IMG/VR virus record: IMGVR_UViG_3300046836_000468
Coordinates: 1-61,296 of that record
Source: a virus
Taxonomy: Duplodnaviria; Caudoviricetes
Length of the DNA: 61,296 nt
Reading direction: 5' to 3' (one strand)
Shown: positions 46,297-54,782 of the stretch, piece after piece
Layout of the letters: every line of letters begins with the position of its first letter
Position numbering within the stretch: the first letter of the stretch is position 1
The notes under the pieces: generated by a model
Told to the model about the DNA's origin: nothing
Seen by the model: the letters and a program-made list of their open reading frames with translations, nothing else
Database searches by the model: none
Position numbers and translations under genes: made by a program

Positions 46297-46496
46297 TGCC
46301 ACTGCCACGCGTACCGCTCAGCCAGGCAGACCGGCACGCCGTCGACGTGCTCGCACGCGCAACGAGCAGCGAGCTCGACCTCGCGATGTTCCGCGCGCCG
46401 ACCTACCAGCGCACCGCCGTGCGCGAGCTCGCCCGCATCCTCGAGAGCATCCCGCGCGCCGTACCCAGCGCGGCCGAAACCAAGGGAGACGACTGA
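46296..46496 (+). CDS. Hypothetical protein
   Basis: GGAGG RBS, TGATG coupling. Confidence 0.45.
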   Translation: MPLPRVPLSQADRHAVDVLARATSSELDLAMFRAPTYQRTAVRELARILESIPRAVPSAAETKGDD

Positions 46497-46957
46497 TGCA
46501 AGCCACCGTGTTCACCGAGTCGCTGCAGTGCCTGCTCACGCAAGACGAAAAGCTCATCCGTGGCGAGGAGCTCGCGCAGCTTCTGCTCACCACGCACAAG
46601 CTCGAGCTCGAGAAAAAGACGTTCTGCGACGACATCAAGCAGAAGCTCGCCGAGGCCGAGGAGCGCGCGCAAGACGTCGGCCGGCAGCTGCGCGAGGGCA
46701 AGGAGTGGCGCGAGATCGAGTGCAAGGAGGTGCCCGACTACGAGCACGGCCAGGTCGACACCGTGCGCACCGACATCAACGAGGTCATCCGCTCGCGCCG
46801 CATGCGCCCCGAGGAGCGCCAGGAGACCATCGTCTACCCGGACGGCACCAGCTGCTCGCCTCCCAAGACGCCGCGCTCGAGGCGCCTCGAGCAGACGAAC
46901 AAGGACGACGACGAGGACGAGGCAGACGACGACCTGTTCAAGTCGGGTCTGCAGTAA
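46496..46957 (+). CDS. Hypothetical coiled-coil phage protein
   Basis: AGGGAG RBS; C-terminal VRTD..EVIRSRRM.PEERQ motif. Confidence 0.65.
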   Translation: MQATVFTESLQCLLTQDEKLIRGEELAQLLLTTHKLELEKKTFCDDIKQKLAEAEERAQDVGRQLREGKEWREIECKEVPDYEHGQVDTVRTDINEVIRSRRMRPEERQETIVYPDGTSCSPPKTPRSRRLEQTNKDDDEDEADDDLFKSGLQ

Positions 46958-47008
46958 GCCGCGCACGACGACGCACCGCCCACGAGCAGACGAAAGGAAC
47001 CTGAGCCC

Positions 47009-47308
47009 ATGACCATGACTGACACGCAGCCCATGACACCGCTGGCTGACACGCTCGAGCCCGACCCGCCGCCCGTGACGCTCGCGTCAGCGCCTCCCAA
47101 GCGCGTCCACCGGCGCACGCAGGCCGAGCGCCTCGAGCAGCAGCACCAGAGCAAGCAGAACGTCGTCGACACGTGCAAGGCGCGCGTGCAGACGCGCGAG
47201 GCCGAGCTCGCGGCGGCCCAGCGCGAGCTGCGCGTGACCGAGCAGGAACTCGACCTCATCGGCCGCATGCTCGAGCTCGCCCGCGCCCAGCAGGAGCTTT
47301 CGCAATGA
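47009..47308 (+). CDS. Coiled-coil hypothetical protein
   Basis: AAGGA RBS. Confidence 0.5.
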   Translation: MTMTDTQPMTPLADTLEPDPPPVTLASAPPKRVHRRTQAERLEQQHQSKQNVVDTCKARVQTREAELAAAQRELRVTEQELDLIGRMLELARAQQELSQ

Positions 47309-47477
47309 GCGGCGCGCAGCACTCACACTCTCCCGAAGAGCGCGAGCAGCTGCGCGCCGAGGCGCTTGCGCAGCGTGAGTACGACGCCAAGCAGCGGCGC
47401 CTGGCCGACCAAGCTCGCAAGAGCACCAAGCGCAAAGCACGAAAGCGCGCACGCGACTACCGCAAGCGAGTCTCGCC

Positions 47478-47999
47478 ATGATGGCAGCCTGCCCAGCGCC
47501 GCGACGGCGACCGCCCTCGCGCAAGCTCCGCGCCCTGCGCGAGCATCTGACGGTCGTGCGCGTGCGCGCATCGTACGGCCTGGCGCGGCGCGTGAGCATC
47601 CCGGACGGGCACCCCGGCGCGCTCAGCTGGGAGCGCACGTCGTGGACCGACGACGACGCGGCGTGGTTCGTGACGGCGGCGCATCCGGGCGGGCTGACGC
47701 AGGAGCAGGTCGCGGTCGTCATGGGCCTCACGGCCGGGCGCGTGAGCCAGCTCGAGCAGGCCGCGCTCGAGAAGCTGCGCGTCGGCCTCGAGGCCATCCT
47801 CGCAGCGTTCGCGCCGAGCCAGCTCGAGCAAGAGCTTGGCGAGGCGCTCGAGCCCGAGGACCTCTTGCTCGGCATGTTCGCGCTGTACGACCGGCATCGT
47901 CGCGCTGAGGCGCGTGCTGCTGCGGGACTGATTCACGCAGCCGCGGTGCCTTATGACCCTGCATCACGCACGCAGTCCCACTGCGCACACGAGCCATGA
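47478..47999 (+). CDS. Sigma70 region-4 HTH protein (possible late activator)
   Basis: GLTQEQVAVVMGLTAGRVSQLEQAALEKLR; lies just upstream of terS. Confidence 0.7.
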   Translation: MMAACPAPRRRPPSRKLRALREHLTVVRVRASYGLARRVSIPDGHPGALSWERTSWTDDDAAWFVTAAHPGGLTQEQVAVVMGLTAGRVSQLEQAALEKLRVGLEAILAAFAPSQLEQELGEALEPEDLLLGMFALYDRHRRAEARAAAGLIHAAAVPYDPASRTQSHCAHEP

Positions 48000-48400
48000 G
48001 CAAGAACCTCTACAACGAAGACCTGCGCGCGCGCGTCTGCCAGCTCATCCAGGCAGGCATCGACGAGCTCGATGCCTTCGGCGTCGAAGGCATCTCGCGC
48101 ACGACGTACTTTCGGTGGAAGGCCGAGGGCAAGGAAGGCGTCGAGCCGTACGCGTCGCTCTGGGTCGACGTCGAGCAGGCGGCGTCCAAGCGCAACACGA
48201 CGCTCACGTTCTGGGCGATGCGCGCCGCGAAGGCCGGCAACATCGAGGCGATCTTCAAGCAGCTGCGCGCGCACCGACCTGACCTGTACAACGACAAGCA
48301 GCGCCTCGAGCTGAGCGGCCCCAATGGCGGCCCCATCACGGCGGGCATTCGCTACGTCGTGCACGTACCCGAGGACGAACCCGAGGAGCAGGACCCATGA
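47996..48400 (+). CDS. terS: Terminase small subunit
   Basis: HTH GISRTTYFRW and C-terminal ELSGPNGGPI; precedes terL. Confidence 0.8.
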   Translation: MSKNLYNEDLRARVCQLIQAGIDELDAFGVEGISRTTYFRWKAEGKEGVEPYASLWVDVEQAASKRNTTLTFWAMRAAKAGNIEAIFKQLRAHRPDLYNDKQRLELSGPNGGPITAGIRYVVHVPEDEPEEQDP

Positions 48401-48546
48401 TCAATCTACGCAACGTGCTGGTCGTCCTGCTGCTGCTCGTGCTGCTCGCGCACTTCTGGCACGGCGGCATCCCGCTTGCGTTCAGCGGCTCGCTCGGGTT
48501 TCTGCTCTTGCTGCTGCTCATCCTGGTGCTGGTCGGCGCGCTGTGA
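48397..48546 (+). CDS. 49-aa two-TM protein (DUF3309-like or holin candidate)
   Basis: MINLRNVLVVLLLLVLLAHFWHGGIPLAFSGSLGFLLLLLLILVLVGAL; ATGA and GTGA overlaps on both sides; absent from the ORF track. Confidence 0.6.
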   Translation: MINLRNVLVVLLLLVLLAHFWHGGIPLAFSGSLGFLLLLLLILVLVGAL

Positions 48547-49937
48547 CCAGCGAGGCCACCGTCGAGGAGGTGCACGTTCGACCCAACGCGGGGCCGCAGA
48601 GCGCGGCTATTGCGTCGTCGGCGGACATCACTTTGACGGGTGGGGCAGCCGGGGGAGGCAAGACCTGGTCAACGCTGTTTCGCTTCGGTCTGCACGCTGC
48701 GCGCTATCCGAAATACTACGGCGCGATCTTCCGGCGCGAGATGCCGCAGGTCACGATGGGCGGCGGCATCTGGGAAGAGTCGATGAGCCTCTACCCGATG
48801 TGGTCTGCTCGTCCGAACTTCTCGACGCACGAGTGGCGCTTCCCCGAGACGCGCTCGCTCATCCAGCTGCGCGGTCTGCAGCACGCCAAGGACGTCATCG
48901 ACTACGCAGGCGCGCAGTTCGCGGAGTTCGCGTTCGAGGAGGCGACTCTCTTTGAAGAGCGCCAGTTCTGGTTTCTCTACTCGCGCCTGCGCTCGCAGTG
49001 CGGCATGAGGCCGCGCGCCTTCCTGACGTGCAACCCCGACCCCGACAGCTGGGTCGCCAGGATGGTCGCGTGGTGGATCGGCGAGGACGGCTACGCCATC
49101 GCGGCGCGCGCAGGCGTCAAGAGGTACTTCGTGCGCGACGGCGATGACCTCGTCTGGGGCGACACGGCAGACGAGGTGCGTGACCGCGCCGCGCACGTGC
49201 TGCGCCGACCGCGCGCGACCCGTCCGCAGAGCTTCCGCTTCATCCCTGCGATGCTGGCCGATAACCCCAAGGGCGACCCCGACTACGAGACCAAGCTCAT
49301 GGCGCTGTCGCTCGTCGAGCGCATGCGTCTGCTCGGCGGCAACTGGAAGATACGCGCAGCCGCAGGCACCGTGTTCAAGCGCGTGTGGTTCGAGATCATC
49401 GACCGGCTGCCGAGCGACGTCATCGCGACGAGCCGCGGCTGGGACCTTGCGGCGACGCAGCCAAGCACCGACAACAAAGAGCCGGACTGGACGCGCGGCG
49501 TCAAGATGTCGCGGCACGCGTCGGGGCTGTTCGTCGTGCAGGACGTCAAGAGCCTGCGCGACCGCCCCTACGCCGTCGAGCAGCTGGTGCACAGGACGAC
49601 CCGCGAGGACGGCAGGCACTGTCGCCAAGCGCTGTGGCAGGACCCTGGCGGCGCCGGCAAGAGCGAGGCGCAGCGCTTCCTGCGCGAGCTCGCCGGCTGG
49701 GACGTGCGCATCGTCGCTGCAGCCGAGGATAAGCTCACGTACGCCAAGCCCGTCAGCGCGCAGGCCGAGGGCGGCAACATGAAGCTTCTGCGCGGCGACT
49801 GGAACGAGAGCTACCTCAACGAGCTCGAGGCGTTCCCTGACGGCGCCAAGAAAGACCAGGTCGACGCGACGAGCCGCGCGTTCATCGACCTGACCACGAG
49901 CGTCACGCCGACGCCCTTCTACGTGCCCGGACTCTAG
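48543..49937 (+). CDS. terL: Terminase large subunit
   Basis: GGAAGGGKT Walker A, FEEAT Walker B, TCNP, RGWDLAAT, QDPG and DQVDA nuclease motifs. Confidence 0.93.
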   Translation: MTSEATVEEVHVRPNAGPQSAAIASSADITLTGGAAGGGKTWSTLFRFGLHAARYPKYYGAIFRREMPQVTMGGGIWEESMSLYPMWSARPNFSTHEWRFPETRSLIQLRGLQHAKDVIDYAGAQFAEFAFEEATLFEERQFWFLYSRLRSQCGMRPRAFLTCNPDPDSWVARMVAWWIGEDGYAIAARAGVKRYFVRDGDDLVWGDTADEVRDRAAHVLRRPRATRPQSFRFIPAMLADNPKGDPDYETKLMALSLVERMRLLGGNWKIRAAAGTVFKRVWFEIIDRLPSDVIATSRGWDLAATQPSTDNKEPDWTRGVKMSRHASGLFVVQDVKSLRDRPYAVEQLVHRTTREDGRHCRQALWQDPGGAGKSEAQRFLRELAGWDVRIVAAAEDKLTYAKPVSAQAEGGNMKLLRGDWNESYLNELEAFPDGAKKDQVDATSRAFIDLTTSVTPTPFYVPGL

Positions 49938-49948
49938 GAGACACCGCC

Positions 49949-51529
49949 ATGCCATTCGCATCTACGAAAGACGCCCTCGAAGCCAAACGCGACGGCTACC
50001 TGCTCGAGCTCGAGTGGCATCAGTTCCTGCTCGACAGCTACACCGGCGCAGGCGGCTACCTCGGCCGCATCAAGCAAGACGCCGCGGGCTTCTGGGGCAT
50101 CGTCACGCAGACGTACAGCAAGTTCGCGACGCTCAGCAAGAGCGTGGTCGAGTCGTCGCACAGCTACCTCGACCGCTTCAATGCCGAGGACGCCATCAAG
50201 TACCAGCGCCGCGTCGACGTCGCGCACTACCTGAACTACGTCGAGCCGACCACGGCGATCAAGGTCGGGTACATCGCCCGCAAGCCCCACAAGCGCAACA
50301 ACGTGCCGCCCGAGCTGCTCGAGTGGATCGACCGCACCGGCTACGACAAGGACTTCAGGCGCCGCGTGCTCGTCACGGCAGTGCTCGGGTGGTTCCCGCT
50401 GCAGGTCGACATGCCGAGCGCGCCGCGCGAGGCGCTCACGGCCGAGCAGGCGGGCAAGCTCGACCCGTACGTCGTGCTCAACCTGCCCTGCCACCTGTTC
50501 GACTACGAGCTCGACGACGACGGCAGCTTCATCTGGGCGAAGCTCGGCGTGACGTTCACGCGCAAGCCCTCGTGGGACCAGGAGGCCGAGCGGGTCACGC
50601 GCTACACGATCTGGACGCGCACCGACTGGACGGTCTACGAGGTCTCGGGCGACGTGACGGGCGCGCCGACGAGCGGCACGCACGCGTTCGGCGCGGTGCC
50701 CATCGTATCGTGGCGTGCGGACACGAGCGTCGAGGACAGCGTCAAGGCCAAGAGCGTCAACGCGAACATCGCGCTCGAGTGCCGCAGGCTGTTCAACCTC
50801 ATCAGCGAGATGGACGAGCACATCCGCTGTCAGGTGTTCGCGCAGCTCGTCTGGCCGGGCGCTGCACCGGCTGCGAACAACACGGGCACGGGCGGCGTCT
50901 CGACGGGGCTCGTCATCAGCGACCAGGCCAAGGTGGTGCCGTTCTACCTCGCGCCGCCTGCGAGCATCGCCGCGACGCTCGAGGCGCGCATCGTCGCCAC
51001 CATCATCGAGATTTATCGCATCAGCGGCGTCGAGTACGCCAAGGCCAGCGGCGTCAACACGAGCGCGCAGAGCAAGGAGGTCGAGTTCGAAAAGACCAAC
51101 GTCCAGATCGTGTCGCTCGCGCAGGCGGTGGCGCGCGCCGACCGCGACACGCTCATCATCACGGGGCGCGGGCTCAAGATTGCCGAGGACAAGCTGCAGG
51201 CCATCGAGTGCACCGCGCACGAGAGCTACGCGGACGCCGCGCTCGGCGACGAGCTCGAGCAGGTGACGCAGGCGCTCTCGCTCGGCATCGGTCGGCAGGC
51301 CAAGGTCGAGATGCTGCAGCGGCTCGTCCAGAAGCTGCTGCCCGGCCTTGCGAGCGACACCAAGCAGACCATCGACAGCGAGATCGAGGACGAGGTCGAC
51401 CAGGCGCAGAAGGACAAGGAGGCGCTGACGGCGCAGCTCACCGAGGGCGGCGCGCCCGACGACGAGCCGCCGCCTGACGAGGAGGACGACGACGAGGAGA
51501 CGCCGCCCGAGGACAAGGAGGCTGCCTGA
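49949..51529 (+). CDS. Portal protein
   Basis: 526 aa after terL; YQRRVDVAHYLNY and HAFGAVPIV motifs; acidic tail. Confidence 0.85.
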   Translation: MPFASTKDALEAKRDGYLLELEWHQFLLDSYTGAGGYLGRIKQDAAGFWGIVTQTYSKFATLSKSVVESSHSYLDRFNAEDAIKYQRRVDVAHYLNYVEPTTAIKVGYIARKPHKRNNVPPELLEWIDRTGYDKDFRRRVLVTAVLGWFPLQVDMPSAPREALTAEQAGKLDPYVVLNLPCHLFDYELDDDGSFIWAKLGVTFTRKPSWDQEAERVTRYTIWTRTDWTVYEVSGDVTGAPTSGTHAFGAVPIVSWRADTSVEDSVKAKSVNANIALECRRLFNLISEMDEHIRCQVFAQLVWPGAAPAANNTGTGGVSTGLVISDQAKVVPFYLAPPASIAATLEARIVATIIEIYRISGVEYAKASGVNTSAQSKEVEFEKTNVQIVSLAQAVARADRDTLIITGRGLKIAEDKLQAIECTAHESYADAALGDELEQVTQALSLGIGRQAKVEMLQRLVQKLLPGLASDTKQTIDSEIEDEVDQAQKDKEALTAQLTEGGAPDDEPPPDEEDDDEETPPEDKEAA

Positions 51530-51849
51530 TGCTTACCGCGAACATACCCCTGGCTGACCTCGACCTGCTCGAGGTGCAGGCGCACGCGTCGCAGAGCGTG
51601 ACGCATCAGGGTGTGTACTTCTCGGTGCTGGTGCCGGGCGGGACGCTGCTCAAGCTCATCGCGACGCAGCGCGCGGTCGAGCTGTTGCGCGCGCACGCGG
51701 GCAGCGCGCACATCATTCGCACGCTGCGCACCGACCGCGACGACTGGGCGTACGACGAGCAGCACTACCTCGAGGAGTTCCCCGGCGAGGCTGCGGCGAA
51801 CCGCGCTGCGTACGACCTGCTCTTGCTGCTGCTCGAGGAGACGCCATGA
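51529..51849 (+). CDS. Hypothetical protein
   Basis: AGGAGG RBS, TGATG coupling. Confidence 0.55.
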   Translation: MLTANIPLADLDLLEVQAHASQSVTHQGVYFSVLVPGGTLLKLIATQRAVELLRAHAGSAHIIRTLRTDRDDWAYDEQHYLEEFPGEAAANRAAYDLLLLLLEETP

Positions 51850-52239
51850 GACAGCACAGTCGCGACGACGAGGTCCTGCGCATCGGCTGCGCGTTCGCGC
51901 TGGCGGTGTTCGTGCTGGTGTTCGTGGCGTGCCTGCCGTGGATCGACGACCTGGTCAACGAGGTCGAGCAGCTGCAGCGCGAGAGCGAGGAGTCGCGGTG
52001 AGACTCGCGCGCCTACGCGTCGAGGTGGTCTGGCACGCCGCGTGGGTCGGCGTGTTCTGGGACGTGGCGCCGGTCGCTGGCCAGCTCGTCATCGTCGAGA
52101 CGCGCAACGTGCACGGCGTGCTGGTCGAGCGGCTCGTGCACCCGTGGCACCTGCACATCTACCTGTGCCTGATTCCGTTCGTGGCGCTGCACGCCGAGTT
52201 CGCGCTCGGGCTGCGGCACGAGAAAGAGAGACCCGAGCC

Positions 52240-52479
52240 ATGACAACCACGCATCTCATCTGGGCCCGCGAGCAGGCCGGCGTGTATCGCTCGCAGCGCC
52301 TCGACGGCGAGCGCGTGTCCTACCGCATCAGGCGCAACGGCCGGCGCTGGTGGGACGTGCAGCGCATGCGCCTGCGCAGCAAGGGGCGCGTGACGGTCGA
52401 GCACGTCGCCGAGGCGCCGTCGCTCGCGTATGCGCGCTTCATGGCTGGATGCGACCTCGTGAGCGGAGCTAGACCATGA
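52240..52479 (+). CDS. Hypothetical protein
   Basis: ATGA overlaps at both ends. Confidence 0.45.
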   Translation: MTTTHLIWAREQAGVYRSQRLDGERVSYRIRRNGRRWWDVQRMRLRSKGRVTVEHVAEAPSLAYARFMAGCDLVSGARP

Positions 52480-52982
52480 CGATGACCGACACCGTAGACG
52501 CAGACTTCGACCAGCTCGACCACGCGCTGCTCAGCGGGCAGCTCACCACCGACCGGCTCGCCGCGCTGCAGCCGCGCACGCAGTGGACGCGCATCGAGAC
52601 GCACCCCGAGATACTCGCGCAGCCGTACGTCGTCGCGCTCGGCACGTACCTCGAGCCGCGCAAGGACGGCCTACGCGTCATCGTCACGCTCGACCTGGCG
52701 TCCGACGTGGGCGCGGGCGACTGGCTGCACCTGAGCGTCTCGCGCGAGCGCAGGCTGCCGACCTGGGGCGACCTCGTCTCGACGCGCGACATGCTCGGCT
52801 ACGAGGAGCTGTACTTTCTGCAGCAGCTGCCGCCGCGCAGGTACTGGCTCAACGTGCACCCGTACTGCCTGCACCTCTTGCACAGGCTCGACCAGGACGC
52901 TGTGCCGCGTCTGCTCTGGGAGGGGCAGGAGGGCGGCGACGGATCGAACTACCAGCACAGCAAAACAAGGACAAGGCCATGA
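52476..52982 (+). CDS. Conserved phage protein (WLHLSVSR..RLPTW..NVHPYCLHL)
   Basis: Recognisable His-rich motif family of phage hypotheticals. Confidence 0.7.
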   Translation: MTMTDTVDADFDQLDHALLSGQLTTDRLAALQPRTQWTRIETHPEILAQPYVVALGTYLEPRKDGLRVIVTLDLASDVGAGDWLHLSVSRERRLPTWGDLVSTRDMLGYEELYFLQQLPPRRYWLNVHPYCLHLLHRLDQDAVPRLLWEGQEGGDGSNYQHSKTRTRP

Positions 52983-53542
52983 AGACATACCGAGCAAAGA
53001 TCAAGAGCAAGTCGCCCTACTCTCAGTCTCGTTATCACCAGACCGAGCACCTCGACAAAGAGGGCGACGACGCCTACGAGCGACGAACGTGGCGCGAGCG
53101 CATGCACTACGACGAGAACGGCGAGGTGTTCATCCCGCCGATGAGCCTGAAGAACTGCCTGGCTGAGGCCGCGAAGTTTCTGAGCGTGTCGATCAAGGGC
53201 AAGGGCAAGGCGACGTACACGAAGCACTTCGAGGCTGGCATCATGGTGACGACACCGATCAGCCTCGGCATCAAGGTGCAAGACGTGCCAGTCGAGGCGC
53301 TGTTTGTGCCGAGTAACGGCAGGCGCGGAGGAAGCACTCGCGTCACCCGGTACTTCGGACGCATCCCCAAGTGGTCGGGCGAGTTCGAAATCAACGTGCT
53401 CGACGAGACCATCACCAAGGACGTTCTCGAGCTGCACCTGTGCGAGGCCGGCAGCTTGATCGGCATCGGGCGCTTTCGCCCGCGCAACAACGGCTACTAC
53501 GGTCGCTTCGCTGTCGAGTCGCTAGAGGAGGTGGTGTCATGA
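52979..53542 (+). CDS. Stand-alone RAMP / Cas7-like RNA-binding protein (187 aa)
   Basis: N-terminal strand with SP, FIPPMSLKNCL (cf. Csm3/Cmr4 IPGSSLKG), beta-hairpin thumb, and C-terminal Gly-rich loop GSLIGIGRFRPRNNGYYGRF. Confidence 0.8.
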   Translation: MKTYRAKIKSKSPYSQSRYHQTEHLDKEGDDAYERRTWRERMHYDENGEVFIPPMSLKNCLAEAAKFLSVSIKGKGKATYTKHFEAGIMVTTPISLGIKVQDVPVEALFVPSNGRRGGSTRVTRYFGRIPKWSGEFEINVLDETITKDVLELHLCEAGSLIGIGRFRPRNNGYYGRFAVESLEEVVS

Positions 53543-54051
53543 GCGGGAGCTCTGCCGCACGACGCGTGGCGCTGCTGTCCGAGCCGACTCAGAAGGTGCT
53601 GGAGCGCATGCGGACAGCTGCGGTCGGAGACATGGTGCCATGGGAAGAACTCGAGGCGATCACCGGTCGACCACGTGACGCTGTGCGAGACATGGCGCGC
53701 ACAGCGTCGAAGCGGCTGCAGAACGACGAGAAGATGCACTTCCGCACCTGCATAGCGGTAGGCGTAGAGCGCATCCCATTCACGACTGTCGCGCGCGAGG
53801 AGCTGCCTACGCAGCGTAAGCGCATCGGCGCAGCAGCAGGCCGTATGTTGCGCACAACGGAGAACGTCATCCTCGATGGCATGAGTCGAGACGACTGCGA
53901 CCAGGTATTGCTCCACCAAGCGATTGCTGGTGTGACGCAGATAGCGTGCTCGAACGAGGGGCTCAGACGCCTACGCGCAAGCACTAGCGCTCTCGCGACA
54001 GTCCCACCGTTCTCTCCGAGAGAAGCCGCAGAGATGCTCTTCTCTGAGTGA
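53539..54051 (+). CDS. Accessory protein coupled to the RAMP gene (wHTH-like N-terminus plus helical region)
   Basis: GGAGG RBS, ATGA overlap; GDMVPWEELEAITG..ARTASKRL..GVGV-like wing; atypical codon usage. Confidence 0.65.
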   Translation: MSGSSAARRVALLSEPTQKVLERMRTAAVGDMVPWEELEAITGRPRDAVRDMARTASKRLQNDEKMHFRTCIAVGVERIPFTTVAREELPTQRKRIGAAAGRMLRTTENVILDGMSRDDCDQVLLHQAIAGVTQIACSNEGLRRLRASTSALATVPPFSPREAAEMLFSE

Positions 54052-54310
54052 GCGCAGCATGGATTGACTCGGTTTGGCTGGGCAGGGCAGGACGTGGACG
54101 CAGCATCGCTTGGCGTGGCTAGGCTCGACTCGGCAGGGCAAGACAAGACAAGGGCAGTACCCAAAAGTTTTCGCGCTCGCGCGAGCGGGTGTGTTTCGGT
54201 GACAGGGCAACTCAGGGGCATTGCAAGACGGGACGCGGCATGGCGGGACTCAGCAACGCCGGGCTCAGCAAGACAAGGCAAGGGCAGTACCTAAGCAGCG
54301 AGCAGGCTCG
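54051..54310 (+). ncRNA. Putative guide-RNA array: two units of 5-nt periodic RRC-NN pentamers with shared 3' tail and hairpin
   Basis: Units at 54051-54162 and 54201-54291; both end CAAGACAAG(A/G)CAAGGGCAGTACC; hairpins at 54174-54187 and 54299-54310. Confidence 0.7.
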
Positions 54311-54322
54311 GGAGGGCAGACC

Positions 54323-54577
54323 ATGACTGACGACACAGCAGACAACCTCGCGGCCGCGCACGCGCAAGGCGCCGACGTCATCCGCGCCGTCAACGGGTGG
54401 TGCTTCGAGCGCGGCATGTACGTCGTCGCGATCGGGCGCGTCGCCCACCACGACCGCTACCACTGCCGCGTGCAGCCCGCGTACGGCGCCGACGTGCTGT
54501 GCGTCGAGAGCGACACGCTGTCCGGTCTGCTCGAGCGGCTGAACAGGTGGCACACGACCGGCAAGCCCGATGGCTGA
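54323..54577 (+). CDS. Hypothetical protein
   Basis: GGAGG RBS, ATG at 54323. Confidence 0.55.
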   Translation: MTDDTADNLAAAHAQGADVIRAVNGWCFERGMYVVAIGRVAHHDRYHCRVQPAYGADVLCVESDTLSGLLERLNRWHTTGKPDG

Positions 54578-54782
54578 CCGCGAGCACGATGGCCGCGTGA
54601 CCATCACGGCGAAGCACGAGGGTCCGGCCCAGGCAGACACGATGGTTTTCCTGGCTGGGCAAGAGCAGTCGTTTCACTGCTCTTGCGGCTGCAACGTGTT
54701 CAAGCGCGTGAAGCCGCACGAGCTCCGGTACCGCTGCAACTCATGCAGGGCTGTCTACGAGGGGACTGCACGCCATGGCTGA
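54570..54782 (+). CDS. Zn-ribbon protein
   Basis: FHCSCGCNVF and YRCNSC motifs. Confidence 0.6.
   Translation: MADREHDGRVTITAKHEGPAQADTMVFLAGQEQSFHCSCGCNVFKRVKPHELRYRCNSCRAVYEGTARHG

Noticed and set aside
54051-54310. Classical CRISPR array or short ORFs (53589-54281 -, 53971-54210 -, 54064-54294 +)
   Set aside because: There are no 25-45-bp identical repeats separated by unique spacers. The ORFs are low-complexity translations of a 5-nt period and lack an RBS.
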